A stretch of 62,085 nt of DNA, filler included. It is 7 parts of 7 records of this genome, joined end to end, with 100 filler letters (N's around TTAATTAATTAA, not from the genome) between each part and the next. Parts side by side here need not be neighbours in the genome. Positions count along the whole stretch, not along the records: positions 27,361 to 44,035 come from SRR31156797_9528; positions 44,136 to 54,878 come from SRR31156797_9534; 5 more parts are not named here. One strand, given 5' to 3'. The position numbers and the translations under genes are program-made. Below the pieces are notes generated by a model that saw nothing but the letters and a program-made list of their open reading frames with translations, did not search any database and was not told where the DNA came from. Below are positions 39,959 through 49,810 of the stretch, in pieces (the first letter of the stretch is position 1; each line of letters begins with the position of its first letter).

Positions 39959-41365
39959 TTATCCTTTAAATTCGGCAACTAAACCTTGTGTAGATTGCTT
40001 AGCATCTCCAAATAACATTCTAGTGTTGTCATTGAAGAATAGCGGATTATCAATTCCTGCAAAGCCAGGGTTAAGCGAACGTTTCATTACAATAACAGTT
40101 CTTGCGAAGTCAACGTTGATAACAGGCATGCCGTAAATTGCTGAATCCTCGTCAGTTCTTGCCGCAGGATTTACTACGTCATTAGCTCCGATAACAACAG
40201 CTACATCAACAGTTTCCATAGTTGGATTAACATCATCCATCTCTTTTAACTGCTCATATGGCACATTAGCTTCTGCTAAAAGAACATTCATATGACCCGG
40301 CATACGACCTGCTACAGGGTGAATTGCGAAGTTTACTTCTGTTCCATTTTCTTCTAGTTGTGCAGCTAATTCCTGAACTGCATGTTGCGCTTGTGCCACT
40401 GCCATTCCATAACCGGGAACGATCAGTACATTATCAGCAGCTTCAAGTATTAGATATGCATCTTCCACAGATACAGGATTGGCTTCACCTTGGAATCCGC
40501 CACCTTTTTTAGATGAAGTAGCAGAACCAAAACCGCTAAATAATACATTAGTAAGTTTTCTGTTCATTGCCTTACACATAATAGTTGTTAGGATGATCCC
40601 ACTTGATCCAACTAAAGCACCGGCAACAATCAATACATTATTTGTAATAACAAAACCTGCTGCACACGCAGCCATTCCACTAAATGAGTTTAATAATGAA
40701 ATAACAACCGGCATATCGCCACCACCGATAGGAATAACAAATGTAACACCTAAAATACACGATATTGCTATTATAAGTCCTAATATCTGGTATGATCCCA
40801 TAAACTGCATATCACGTAATGGTGCAAATAACAATGTACCAACTACGAGTAGTGCTAATAGACCCAGATTGACAAGTTGTTGTCCGGTATACTGGATTGG
40901 TTTACTAGGCACCTTACCTGATAATTTACCCCAGGCAATGAGTGATCCTGTGAAAGTAATTCCACCAATTAATATAGTAACGATAATTATTAATAAAGAA
41001 AACATTGATACTTCATTCAAACTAGATTCCGAAGCATACTTTTGATATTCAGCCCAACCTACTAAAAGACTGGCTGCACCTCCGAAACCATTAAATAAAG
41101 CAACCATTTCCGGCATTGAAGTCATTGCAACAGTTCTGGATGCTACCGCTCCTACAATTGAACCTGCAATAATCCCTACAGCGATCCACTGCCATTGTAA
41201 GACATTATTACTTACCAGTGCACCAACGATGGCAATAAGCATACCTATTGCTGAAATCATATTTCCTTTTCTTGCTGTTTCCTGATGACCCAACATTTTA
41301 AGTCCAAATATAAATAGTATTGCCGAGACAATATATAATAAATTAATTACATCTGCATTTATCAT
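39959..41365 (-). CDS. pntB: NAD(P)+ transhydrogenase beta subunit
   Basis: MPEMVALFNG, GGGDMPVVISLLNS, PGYGMAVAQAQ, HPVAGRMPGHMNVLLAEA, GANDVVNP. Confidence 0.97.
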   Translation of the reverse strand: MINADVINLLYIVSAILFIFGLKMLGHQETARKGNMISAIGMLIAIVGALVSNNVLQWQWIAVGIIAGSIVGAVASRTVAMTSMPEMVALFNGFGGAASLLVGWAEYQKYASESSLNEVSMFSLLIIIVTILIGGITFTGSLIAWGKLSGKVPSKPIQYTGQQLVNLGLLALLVVGTLLFAPLRDMQFMGSYQILGLIIAISCILGVTFVIPIGGGDMPVVISLLNSFSGMAACAAGFVITNNVLIVAGALVGSSGIILTTIMCKAMNRKLTNVLFSGFGSATSSKKGGGFQGEANPVSVEDAYLILEAADNVLIVPGYGMAVAQAQHAVQELAAQLEENGTEVNFAIHPVAGRMPGHMNVLLAEANVPYEQLKEMDDVNPTMETVDVAVVIGANDVVNPAARTDEDSAIYGMPVINVDFARTVIVMKRSLNPGFAGIDNPLFFNDNTRMLFGDAKQSTQGLVAEFKG

Positions 41366-41667
41366 TATTTTTTATCCTCCTTCTTGGAAGATGTGAACAT
41401 TGATAGCATACGATCTGTTACCATATATCCTCCCACAACATTTATTGTTGCGAAAAATACTGACAATGTTCCAAGTACTATTCTAATTACCGATCCCTCT
41501 ACTACAAATGTTCCTGCAAGACTCAAAATAGCTCCTACAACTGTTATTCCGGAAATCGCATTTGATCCCGACATTAGAGGTGTATGTAGCTGAGACGGTA
41601 CTTTTGAAATTAGTTCAAAGCCCAAGAAAGACGCAAGAACTAATACAAATATTAACATTATTCCCAT
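41365..41667 (-). CDS. pntA: NAD(P)+ transhydrogenase alpha subunit part 2 (membrane)
   Basis: LHTPLMSGSNAISG, NVVGGYMVTDRML. Confidence 0.95.
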   Translation of the reverse strand: MGIMLIFVLVLASFLGFELISKVPSQLHTPLMSGSNAISGITVVGAILSLAGTFVVEGSVIRIVLGTLSVFFATINVVGGYMVTDRMLSMFTSSKKEDKK

Positions 41668-41694
41668 AATTATTATCCTTCCTTTCTTTAAGCT

Positions 41695-42822
41695 TTACGC
41701 GTTGTAAATTTTATTTAATCTTTCATTAACTAATTGCCCATCCTTTGTAATCAAACAACCTTCCATTATTTCATCAGATTGATCTAATGAAATGTTCTTT
41801 GCTTCAGCATCATAGAAATGTGTTAGCAGATTAGTTAAGTTACTTGAATACATAGCAGAAGCATCAAAAGCTACTTCTCCCGGTAAATTATCCAAACCGA
41901 TAAGATGTACTCCTTCAACTACTGTATCCTGATCTAATACCGTTCCTTCAACATTACCTCCCGTTGAAGCTGCTAGATCAACAATAACAGAACCATCACG
42001 CATCTGCTTTAAAATCTCTTTCGTTATAATAGTAGGAGCTTTTCTTCCGAATAATTTAGCTGTTGTAATAACTAAATCTGCTGAAGCACAACTTTTAGCC
42101 ATCGCTTCCTGTTGTTTCTTCAACTGTTCATCCGTTAAGGCTTTTGCATATCCGTCTTTAGTTTGACCGGTTTCACCTAAGTCTACTTTTATAAATTTAG
42201 CTCCTAATGATGCCACCTGCTCCTCAACTACTGAACGAGTGTCAAAAGCTTCAACTCTTGCCCCAAGCCTTTTAGCTGTTGCAATCGCCTGAAGTCCTGC
42301 TACTCCTGCACCTATAATGAATACTCTCGATGGAGATATTGTTCCTGATGGTGTCATCATCATAGGGAAGATTCTATCTAGTTTGTTAGCTCCTAGCAAT
42401 ACTGCTACATATCCCGCCAGTGATGCCTGTGAACTTAGAGCATCCATTTTTTGTGCTAAAGTTGTTCTAGGTATCATCTCCATACTAATTGAATTCACAC
42501 CACTGTTTATAAACTTTTCCACAAGTGCTTTATTATTATATGGGTCCATAAAACTAATATTCAGTGCACCTTTTTTCATCTTCTCAACATCAGATTCTTT
42601 AGGTTCGTTAACCCATAAAAATATGTCAGATTGTGTTAATAATTCTTCTCTGTCCTCTACAATTTTTGCACCTGATTTTTCATACTCAGCATCAGTAATC
42701 ATATCTGTTATTCCTTTTTCTATCAATACCTCAATTCCGTCTAATTTTAATAACTTTTTAACGGAATCCGGTACGAGAGCCACACGAGGTTCACTGCTAT
42801 CTTTTAAAACTGCTATTTTCAT
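41695..42822 (-). CDS. pntA: NAD(P)+ transhydrogenase alpha subunit part 1 (dI)
   Basis: EPRVALVP, AQKMDALSSQ, GAGVAGLQAIATAKRLGA, DLAASTGGN. Start set at ATG 42822, behind GGAGGGG. Confidence 0.95.
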   Translation of the reverse strand: MKIAVLKDSSEPRVALVPDSVKKLLKLDGIEVLIEKGITDMITDAEYEKSGAKIVEDREELLTQSDIFLWVNEPKESDVEKMKKGALNISFMDPYNNKALVEKFINSGVNSISMEMIPRTTLAQKMDALSSQASLAGYVAVLLGANKLDRIFPMMMTPSGTISPSRVFIIGAGVAGLQAIATAKRLGARVEAFDTRSVVEEQVASLGAKFIKVDLGETGQTKDGYAKALTDEQLKKQQEAMAKSCASADLVITTAKLFGRKAPTIITKEILKQMRDGSVIVDLAASTGGNVEGTVLDQDTVVEGVHLIGLDNLPGEVAFDASAMYSSNLTNLLTHFYDAEAKNISLDQSDEIMEGCLITKDGQLVNERLNKIYNA

Positions 42823-43180
42823 CGTACCCCTCCATAATATTATTTTAACTCCTAAAACTAAAGAAGTTGTCTGTCTTGCTGGAATTATACAATGAGAAAT
42901 ATCATAAAGCAAGAATTTTTATTTAGATGGAGAATTTCTCCGTTGAATTTTGTTAGATTCTTCTAATATGTTTTGTTATGTAATCGTAGTTACATTGCTT
43001 TAGAATGATTAAATTAAATCTAAGAAAATCATGGAAAGTTTAGTTGTTTAATCAGGAGTTGAAGAATAGAAAACTAAATTGTAATGATTTAAAATATATA
43101 TCGTTTTTATTTTTAATATTATTTTAAAAAACTAAAAGTTGGAAAAAAAATCCAAAGCTTATTAGTCTTAGATTCATTTT

Positions 43181-43541
43181 CTTAAACCTGTGTGCATCCC
43201 ATGTATCGGTGTTTAATTATGTCATTAGACTTTCAATCTTCTCTTAAACTACTGTTAAAATCATTTTAGAACCACAGATGAACACAGATACACACGGATT
43301 AAAACCTTAATCTCTAAGTAAGAGAACATCTTGTTAATAATTACATAATTATTTTTTATGTAATAAGTTAGTAAAAAATTTTTAAAACCATAACTGAACT
43401 CCTCAAAATTCAGTTTTATTCTTAAATCTGTGTGTATCCCATGAATCCGTGGTTATTAATATCATTTGACTTAGCTGTTTTATTTAATGAATTCTAAATG
43501 CGTTTTTAAAGCCACAGATGCACACGGATTAAAACCTTAAT
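43181..43541. repeat. two related ~120-130-bp units with inverted termini built from 10-bp ACACAGATGC/A-type repeats
   Basis: Unit A (43181-43311) and unit B (43421-43541) are 240 bp apart. Left arms: CTTAAAcCTGTGTGcATCCCATGtATCgGTGtTT and CTTAAATCTGTGTGTATCCCATGAATCCGTGGTT. Right arms: ACCACAGATGAACACAGATACACACGGATTAAAACCTTAAT and GCCACAGATGCACACGGATTAAAACCTTAAT. Confidence 0.85.
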
Positions 43542-43567
43542 TTCGTTTGAATTAAAATGTTTTTAAA

Positions 43568-43930
43568 CTATAACACTATTCTCTTAAACTCAAATTTACT
43601 ATTACCAAAATTCATTAATAAACAAACTTTCTTATCAGTTGCCTTTAAATAATTTAGACACTGCGCCATATGAATATTAGATAAGCATTTTGCAACTTTT
43701 AGTTCAATTATTACTGAATCTTCAACCATGATATCAGCAATATAATCACCAACGATTTCATTTTTATAATAAACTTTAATTGGCTTCTGTTGCTCAACTT
43801 TAAGTCGTTTTGATTTTAATTCTTTTACAAGAGCATTTTCATATACTTTCTCTAAAAAACCAACTCCTAAAGTATTAATCACTTCGAAACCACATCCAAT
43901 AATTATTTTAGTTAGTTCTGGATTAATCAT
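43568..43930 (-). CDS. GxxExxY protein (PD-(D/E)XK_3 nuclease-like family)
   Basis: LGVGFLEKVYENAL (GxxExxY), ADIMVEDSVIIELK, QCLNYLKAT...LLMNFG; RBS AAGGAG. Confidence 0.93.
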   Translation of the reverse strand: MINPELTKIIIGCGFEVINTLGVGFLEKVYENALVKELKSKRLKVEQQKPIKVYYKNEIVGDYIADIMVEDSVIIELKVAKCLSNIHMAQCLNYLKATDKKVCLLMNFGNSKFEFKRIVL

Positions 43931-43992
43931 AATTTACTCCTTTTGTTTGCTTTAGATTTTTCTGACGTAATAAATTTTTAAAAGATATTTAG

Positions 43993-44023
43993 AACCATGG
44001 ATGGACACAGATGAACACAGATT
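43993..44023. repeat. a further decamer-repeat arm upstream of the GxxExxY gene
   Basis: AACCATGGATGGACACAGATGAACACAGATT, in the same orientation as the right arms at 43270 and 43511. Confidence 0.85.
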
Positions 44024-44035
44024 AAAATTCTTTTA

Positions 44036-44135
44036 NNNNNNNNNNNNNNNNNNNNNNNNNNNNNNNNNNNNNNNNNNNNTTAATTAATTAANNNNNNNNN
44101 NNNNNNNNNNNNNNNNNNNNNNNNNNNNNNNNNNN
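44036..44135. other. artificial contig linker
   Basis: 44 N + TTAATTAATTAA + 44 N. Confidence 0.99.
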
Positions 44136-44136
44136 T

Positions 44137-44499
44137 GTAAGAAGTAAATTATATAGACTTATTACAAATAGATTTAAAGATACTGATGATACTCTTCATA
44201 TAGTTACAATAAAACCTGAAATTGAACAGCAATTTATTGGAAAACTACAAGAACAGCATGGGGTTTCTCAGTTAATGCTTTCAATTGCTGAAATTAATAA
44301 CTTAGTAACTAAAACAAAAGAGTTATTAGAGCAAATAGAGACAAAAGGCTTTGGTAAAGTTGCAATGGTTGTTGATCCAATGCTAAGAAAAAGAATCTCT
44401 GAAATTTATGAGAAGTTTGGACTTCAGGTTGCAGTATTATCCCATGCAGAACTTGATTCAAAAGCTAACTTTGCAATAGAAGGAACATTAGACTTTTAA
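44137..44499 (+). CDS. flhA: flagellar export protein FlhA C-terminus (5'-partial)
   Basis: Frame is open from the contig edge: VRSKLYRLIT...VVDPMLRK...VAVLSHAEL (FHIPEP C-terminus). Confidence 0.85.
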   Translation, partial: VRSKLYRLITNRFKDTDDTLHIVTIKPEIEQQFIGKLQEQHGVSQLMLSIAEINNLVTKTKELLEQIETKGFGKVAMVVDPMLRKRISEIYEKFGLQVAVLSHAELDSKANFAIEGTLDF

Positions 44500-45968
44500 T
44501 GAAAACAGTAGTTAAATCTTTAATTATTATTTTTATATTAACTTTAGAATTGTTTTCAAGTGTTAAGCTTAACTCTGCAAACTCATTTGTAAAAGGGGAA
44601 CCTTTTACTTTTGAGCTTGAAGTTACTGGTAGTTCAATAAAATTTCCAAAAATAGAAAAAATAGACTCTTATATTGTACAAAACTTAGGAACATCTAGGT
44701 CTTTACAGATAATAAATGGTAACTATAGTGAAAAAATAAGCCAAAAGTTTCAAATCTTACCTCAAAAAGATTTTGAAATCCCTTCTTTTACTTTTGAAAT
44801 AGATGGAGTTGAAATTCAATCTCCTTCAAGAAAAATCACTCAAAGAAAAGTTAATAAAACTATCTCTAATAATTTTGACTTACAATTAAAAGCTTCAAAA
44901 CAAGAAGCTTATGTGGGTGAAGATATTTTATTAAAGTTAGTATTTAAATATAGAAAAAATCTTCAAATTACAAACTTAGGATTTGAACCACCACATTTTG
45001 AGAACTTTTGGTATAAAAAAGTTGATAATAAAAATAGAAGATATGAAGAAAATGGTTATATTGTTCAAGAGTTAGAGTATTTACTTTTTCCTCAAAAAGA
45101 AGGAAAGTTAAAAGTCAATCCTTTAGCAATAATTGTTCAGCTAGTAAATCAAAACTCAAACTATGGGAATTTCTCTTTTTTAAGTGTTCCTGTTGAAAAA
45201 AGAGTTTATTCTAACTCTTTAGATTTTGATATTAAGCCTTTACCTAAGAGTGTAAATCTAATAGGTGATTTTGATATAAATGCAACTATTGATAAAAGTG
45301 AGATTAAAGAGGGTGAATCTGTATCATTAAAATTAGATATCAAAGGAGTTGGAAATTTTGATGACCTTGAAGATTTTAAACTTGATATTCAAAATGCAAC
45401 TATTTATGATAATAAACCTCAAATAAAAACAGCATATTCTAAAAAAGGTTTTGAAGGAAGTTATGAAAAAATATTTTCAATTGTTCCTTCTTCTTCAATT
45501 ACTATACCAAGTTTTAAACTAAGATATTTTGATAAAACACAAAAAAAAGTTATAGAGAAAGAAACAAAAGAGTTTAAAGTAAAAGTAAACTCATTAAATA
45601 AACAAAAAACAACTCCTAAGTTAGAAAAATCAAATGAGCCTAAAGAGATAGAAAAAGTTATTGAAAAAAGTATAACTTTAAAAGATAAACTTCTATATTT
45701 TTCATTAGGAAGTTTAGTTACAATATTAATATTTGGTTTATATATTTATGCTAGGATTTACAAACAAAAGACTAAAGAAGATAAACCCCTAATAAAAAAA
45801 CTAAAGTCATGCAAAACTAAAGAAGAGATGTTAAAGTTACTACTTCCTTATTTGAAATATGATTCACAATTAGATGAATTAATATTTGAGTGTGAAAAGA
45901 CTAAGGATTTTAAAGGGACACAAAAAGCTATTATCTCTTTAGTTAAACAATTAGATATCAAAGGTTAA
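44499..45968 (+). CDS. BatD-family protein
   Basis: Signal peptide; TSRSLQIING, AYVGE, YLLFPQKEG, GVGN, FKLRYFD; C-terminal TM. Confidence 0.8.
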   Translation: MKTVVKSLIIIFILTLELFSSVKLNSANSFVKGEPFTFELEVTGSSIKFPKIEKIDSYIVQNLGTSRSLQIINGNYSEKISQKFQILPQKDFEIPSFTFEIDGVEIQSPSRKITQRKVNKTISNNFDLQLKASKQEAYVGEDILLKLVFKYRKNLQITNLGFEPPHFENFWYKKVDNKNRRYEENGYIVQELEYLLFPQKEGKLKVNPLAIIVQLVNQNSNYGNFSFLSVPVEKRVYSNSLDFDIKPLPKSVNLIGDFDINATIDKSEIKEGESVSLKLDIKGVGNFDDLEDFKLDIQNATIYDNKPQIKTAYSKKGFEGSYEKIFSIVPSSSITIPSFKLRYFDKTQKKVIEKETKEFKVKVNSLNKQKTTPKLEKSNEPKEIEKVIEKSITLKDKLLYFSLGSLVTILIFGLYIYARIYKQKTKEDKPLIKKLKSCKTKEEMLKLLLPYLKYDSQLDELIFECEKTKDFKGTQKAIISLVKQLDIKG

Positions 45969-45970
45969 AA

Positions 45971-46678
45971 ATGAAATATATTTTTGCACTACTTTTTTTA
46001 GTTAACTCTTTATTTGCTTACGAATTTTATGCAAAGCTAGAACCTGTAAACTCTTATGAAATAAAAGCATCTGTAAGTGGTAAGGTTATATATGTAAATG
46101 ATGAGATTGAAGGTAAAAAAGCAAATAATTCAAAAATTGTAGAGATTGATTCATATGTTGATAGAATAGATTTAAAACAATCAAAAGTAAAATTAAAAGC
46201 AGTATCTCAAATGCTAGAGATTGAAGAAAAAAACTATAATAGAATGCTTCAAGTATCATCTAAATCTGGCTTTGAAAAAGATTCTCAAAAATTAAAAGCA
46301 ATAAACTATAGAACAACTAAAGCAGATATTGAAGTTAAAATTGCAAACTTAAAAGATAGTATTAAAAATAAAATGCTTAAAGAGAAAAATAGATATATCT
46401 ATAATATTGCAGTAAAAGAAGGTGATTATGTTAATCCTGGAACTTTACTTTATGAAGCGAAAGATTTATCAAAAGGTAAATTAGAAATATTTGTTCCTAT
46501 TGATGATATAGCAGATATTAAAACAAAACAAATCTATTTAAATGGTAAGAAAAGTGATATTAAGTTAGACAAAATATATAAAGTTGCTGACTCAAAACAT
46601 ATTTCATCTTATAAAGTAGAGATTATTGTGCCTGACCCAAAAGTATTCTCTAGGTTAGTAAAAGTTGAATTCAAATAA
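45971..46678 (+). CDS. HlyD/RND periplasmic adaptor-like protein
   Basis: IKASVSGKV and VKEGDYVNPGTLL biotinyl-lipoyl-like halves around a coiled coil. Confidence 0.75.
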   Translation: MKYIFALLFLVNSLFAYEFYAKLEPVNSYEIKASVSGKVIYVNDEIEGKKANNSKIVEIDSYVDRIDLKQSKVKLKAVSQMLEIEEKNYNRMLQVSSKSGFEKDSQKLKAINYRTTKADIEVKIANLKDSIKNKMLKEKNRYIYNIAVKEGDYVNPGTLLYEAKDLSKGKLEIFVPIDDIADIKTKQIYLNGKKSDIKLDKIYKVADSKHISSYKVEIIVPDPKVFSRLVKVEFK

Positions 46679-48374
46679 TTTAGTAGCTTGCCCCTTAGAC
46701 TGTTATGATACATGTCAGGGGTATGTTGATGAAAAAGGAAATATAAAAGGTAGTAGTGAGCATTTAGTTACAAATAAAAAACTATGTGTAAACTTTGCAA
46801 ACCTTTTAAAAGAAGACTTTTTAAAAACAGCATTTTATAAAAATGAAGAAGTTAAGCTAGATGAAGCTTTAGATATTTTAGTTGAAAAGTTAAAAAATAC
46901 TAGTAGTGATAAAACTCTGTTTTACAAAGGTGCTGGAAACCTAGGAGTTATGCAAAACTGTGTTAAAACTTTTTTTGCAAAATACGGTTCTACTCTTACA
47001 AAAGGAAGCCTTTGTGATGCAATTGGTTCACTAGGTATTGAACAAGGAAGAGGTGGAATAAATGTTAACCCACCAATTGAAAAACTTATTAATAGTGATG
47101 TGATAATTGCTTGGGGAAGAAATCTAACAGTAACTTCATCTCATATGTATAATCTTGTAAAAGATAAAACCTTTATAACTATTGACCCTATTAAAACAAA
47201 GATTGCCAAAAAATCAGAACTTCATTTACAAATAAATCCAAAAACAGACCATGATTTAGCACTTTTACTAACAAGATTTGCTCATATGTCAAATCAAGAG
47301 GATGAAGAGTTTATCTCTACTCATGAAGGTGCAGATTGGTTTTTTGATTTAGCAAGGTCTAAACCAGTAGTTTCATATGAGCATACTACAGGAGTATCAT
47401 TATCTGAAGTAACTAAATTTTTTGAACTAATAGAAGGGAAAAGTGTTTCTATTCTTTTAGGCTTAGGACCTCAAAAATATTATGAAGGTGCACAAATATT
47501 TAGAACAATTGACTCTTTTGCTGCTTATATTGGAGTTCACAATAAAGAAAAAGGTGGACTTTGGTATTTAGATGACTCTTCTTATGGTTATGATAAGCAG
47601 TTAGTTTCAAAGGCAAAGAAGAAAATAGCCCTTCCAACAGTAGACTTTTCAAGTTTTGATTTAGTATTTATACAAGGAACAGACCCTGTTGTAACTGCTC
47701 CAAATACTAAGAAAGTAATTGAAGGACTAAAAAATAGTTTTGTTGTATTTTTTGGAACAGTATTAAATGAAACAAGTAAATATGCAGATTTAATAATACC
47801 TTCATCTTCATTTTTAACAAAAAAAGATGTGAGACTTTCATATGGACATGAGCTAAAAGCTATTTCAAACTATACTGAAAAGAAAGATGAAAACAGTATA
47901 AGTGAATATGATTTAGCTAACTTTTTAAATGAAAAGCTTGGTTTTGAAAAACTTGATGATGAAGAAAAGATTTTAGACTATTACATAAATACAAAAATAG
48001 AAGATAGTTCTTATATAGAAAATTTTGAGTTCATAGAAGAGCTAGAAATAAATGAATTATATGAAAAGAAAAAACAGAACCAATACTATTTTTTAACAGC
48101 TAAAAGAAAAGATTCTTTAAATTCTCAATTTAAAGTGGATAACTATTTATATGTAAACCCATCTTTAGGTTTTAATAATGATGATGAGGTTTTATTAAAA
48201 TCTGAGTTTGGAGAAACAAAGATTAAAATAAAAAATAGTGAAGATATAAAAGAAAATTGCGTACTTGCATACTCTGGAAATAAATATGCAAACTATGTAA
48301 CACCTTTTTTAACTGACCAAGAAGCAGACTCTGCTATATTTCAAGAGGTTTTAGTAGAAATTGAATTATCGTGA
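46665..48374 (+). CDS. molybdopterin-dependent oxidoreductase family protein
   Basis: ACPLDCYDTC...LC FeS motif, IAWGRN, TIDP, ETSKYADLIIP, C-terminal molybdopterin dinucleotide-binding domain. Confidence 0.82.
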   Translation: MNSNNLVACPLDCYDTCQGYVDEKGNIKGSSEHLVTNKKLCVNFANLLKEDFLKTAFYKNEEVKLDEALDILVEKLKNTSSDKTLFYKGAGNLGVMQNCVKTFFAKYGSTLTKGSLCDAIGSLGIEQGRGGINVNPPIEKLINSDVIIAWGRNLTVTSSHMYNLVKDKTFITIDPIKTKIAKKSELHLQINPKTDHDLALLLTRFAHMSNQEDEEFISTHEGADWFFDLARSKPVVSYEHTTGVSLSEVTKFFELIEGKSVSILLGLGPQKYYEGAQIFRTIDSFAAYIGVHNKEKGGLWYLDDSSYGYDKQLVSKAKKKIALPTVDFSSFDLVFIQGTDPVVTAPNTKKVIEGLKNSFVVFFGTVLNETSKYADLIIPSSSFLTKKDVRLSYGHELKAISNYTEKKDENSISEYDLANFLNEKLGFEKLDDEEKILDYYINTKIEDSSYIENFEFIEELEINELYEKKKQNQYYFLTAKRKDSLNSQFKVDNYLYVNPSLGFNNDDEVLLKSEFGETKIKIKNSEDIKENCVLAYSGNKYANYVTPFLTDQEADSAIFQEVLVEIELS

Positions 48375-49542
48375 ATTATTAACAAACTATACTGTAATTA
48401 GACAATTGTCTCTTTTACAGTTAGTAGCATACTTTGCTGCTTGGTTTTCAAATGTAGCTATTTATACTATGTTAGTGCAATTTAACTCTTCAGCTTTTGC
48501 AATTTCTGTAGTTACTGCAATGCACTTTTTACCAGCAATTATAATAGCACCACTTTCTGGTGCTATTATTGATAAATTTAAAGTAAAGCCTTTAATGATA
48601 AGCCTTTTATCAATGGAACTTCTTATGACTTTACTTTTTTTAACTATTGATAGTAAAGAAGAGGTTTGGCTTTTAATGATTTTTATTTTTATAAGAATGG
48701 CAAGTGCTTCAATGTTTTTCTCAACTGAAATGTCACTTCTTCCAAAGCTAATTTCAGGGGTAGCTTTACAAAAAGCAAATGAAATTCACTCTATTATTTG
48801 GTCATTTACTTTTGCTGCTGGTATGGCTCTTAGTGGTATAGTTGTTAACCTAGTTGGAGTAAAGTGGGCAATTATTATAGATGCTTTTATACTACTAGCT
48901 GCAATAATCCTACTTTTAAATATCAATTTTAAAATAGAAGTAATTCATACAAAAGAGAAAATCTTATCTTTAATGAAAGATGGCTTTTTATATCTAAAGA
49001 GAAATAAGTTGGTAGTTCATCTAATTATTCTACACTCTTCTGTGGGACTTACTATTTTTGATACAATAGTGACGTTATTAGCTAAAAATGAGTATAAATA
49101 TGTGATTTCTGTTCCCCTTGCAATTGGACTTACAAATGCTCTTAGGGCAACAGCTTTAATGATAGGTCCTTTTATTATTTCAAATTGGGTAAATAAAGAT
49201 AGATTACTTTATATCTTTATCTTTCAAGGTTCAGCAATAATTTTCTGGGCATTAGTTCAAAGTAATTTCTACATCTCTTTAATAGCAATATTCTTTGTTG
49301 GTTTTACTACAACAACTATTTGGTCTTATACTTATGCTTTATTGCAAGAAAAAACTGATAATAAATACTTAGGAAGAGTAATCTCTTATAATGATATGAT
49401 TTTTATGGTAACTACAGTTGTAACAACTTTATTTATTGGAATAATGGCTGAACTAGTATCATTAAAAATTATTACTATAATCCTTGGCTCAGCTTTTTTT
49501 CTTGTTGCTATTTATTATAAGTGGTTAAAATCAAGAATTTAA
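48361..49542 (+). CDS. MFS transporter
   Basis: About 12 TM; SGAIIDKF motif A; YLGRVIS. Confidence 0.88.
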   Translation: MNYRELLTNYTVIRQLSLLQLVAYFAAWFSNVAIYTMLVQFNSSAFAISVVTAMHFLPAIIIAPLSGAIIDKFKVKPLMISLLSMELLMTLLFLTIDSKEEVWLLMIFIFIRMASASMFFSTEMSLLPKLISGVALQKANEIHSIIWSFTFAAGMALSGIVVNLVGVKWAIIIDAFILLAAIILLLNINFKIEVIHTKEKILSLMKDGFLYLKRNKLVVHLIILHSSVGLTIFDTIVTLLAKNEYKYVISVPLAIGLTNALRATALMIGPFIISNWVNKDRLLYIFIFQGSAIIFWALVQSNFYISLIAIFFVGFTTTTIWSYTYALLQEKTDNKYLGRVISYNDMIFMVTTVVTTLFIGIMAELVSLKIITIILGSAFFLVAIYYKWLKSRI

Positions 49543-49615
49543 GCTAAATTTCTAAAAATTACAAGAAAGTTACATAAAAAAACTTAAGATTTTAAATCTT
49601 CTTTTTATTATAAGT

Positions 49616-49789
49616 TTGACTTATGTCAAATCTTATAATAGGCCTTAAAATGGAATGTATGAGCAGAAACACAACTTAAAATAAAATAATCTTTCTCATT
49701 CTAATTATAAAAAAAACTTAACTATATATGAATGCTCATTCAATTTCTTGATTAATGTCAATTTGAATATATAGAACTAATTGTATACT
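49616..49789 (+). promoter_or_regulatory. nrf promoter with two Crp/Fnr-family (Nss-type) boxes
   Basis: TTGA-CTTATG-TCAA at 49616-49629, TTGA-TTAATG-TCAA at 49748-49761, and -10 TATACT at 49784-49789. Confidence 0.72.
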
Positions 49790-49810
49790 TTCAAAGTAAA
49801 TAAAGGATAG

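Noticed and set aside
43181-44023. CRISPR array or integron attC sites around GxxExxY
   Set aside because: The arms alternate in orientation with irregular spacing, and there are no RYYYAAC/GTTRRRY attC boundaries and no integrase.
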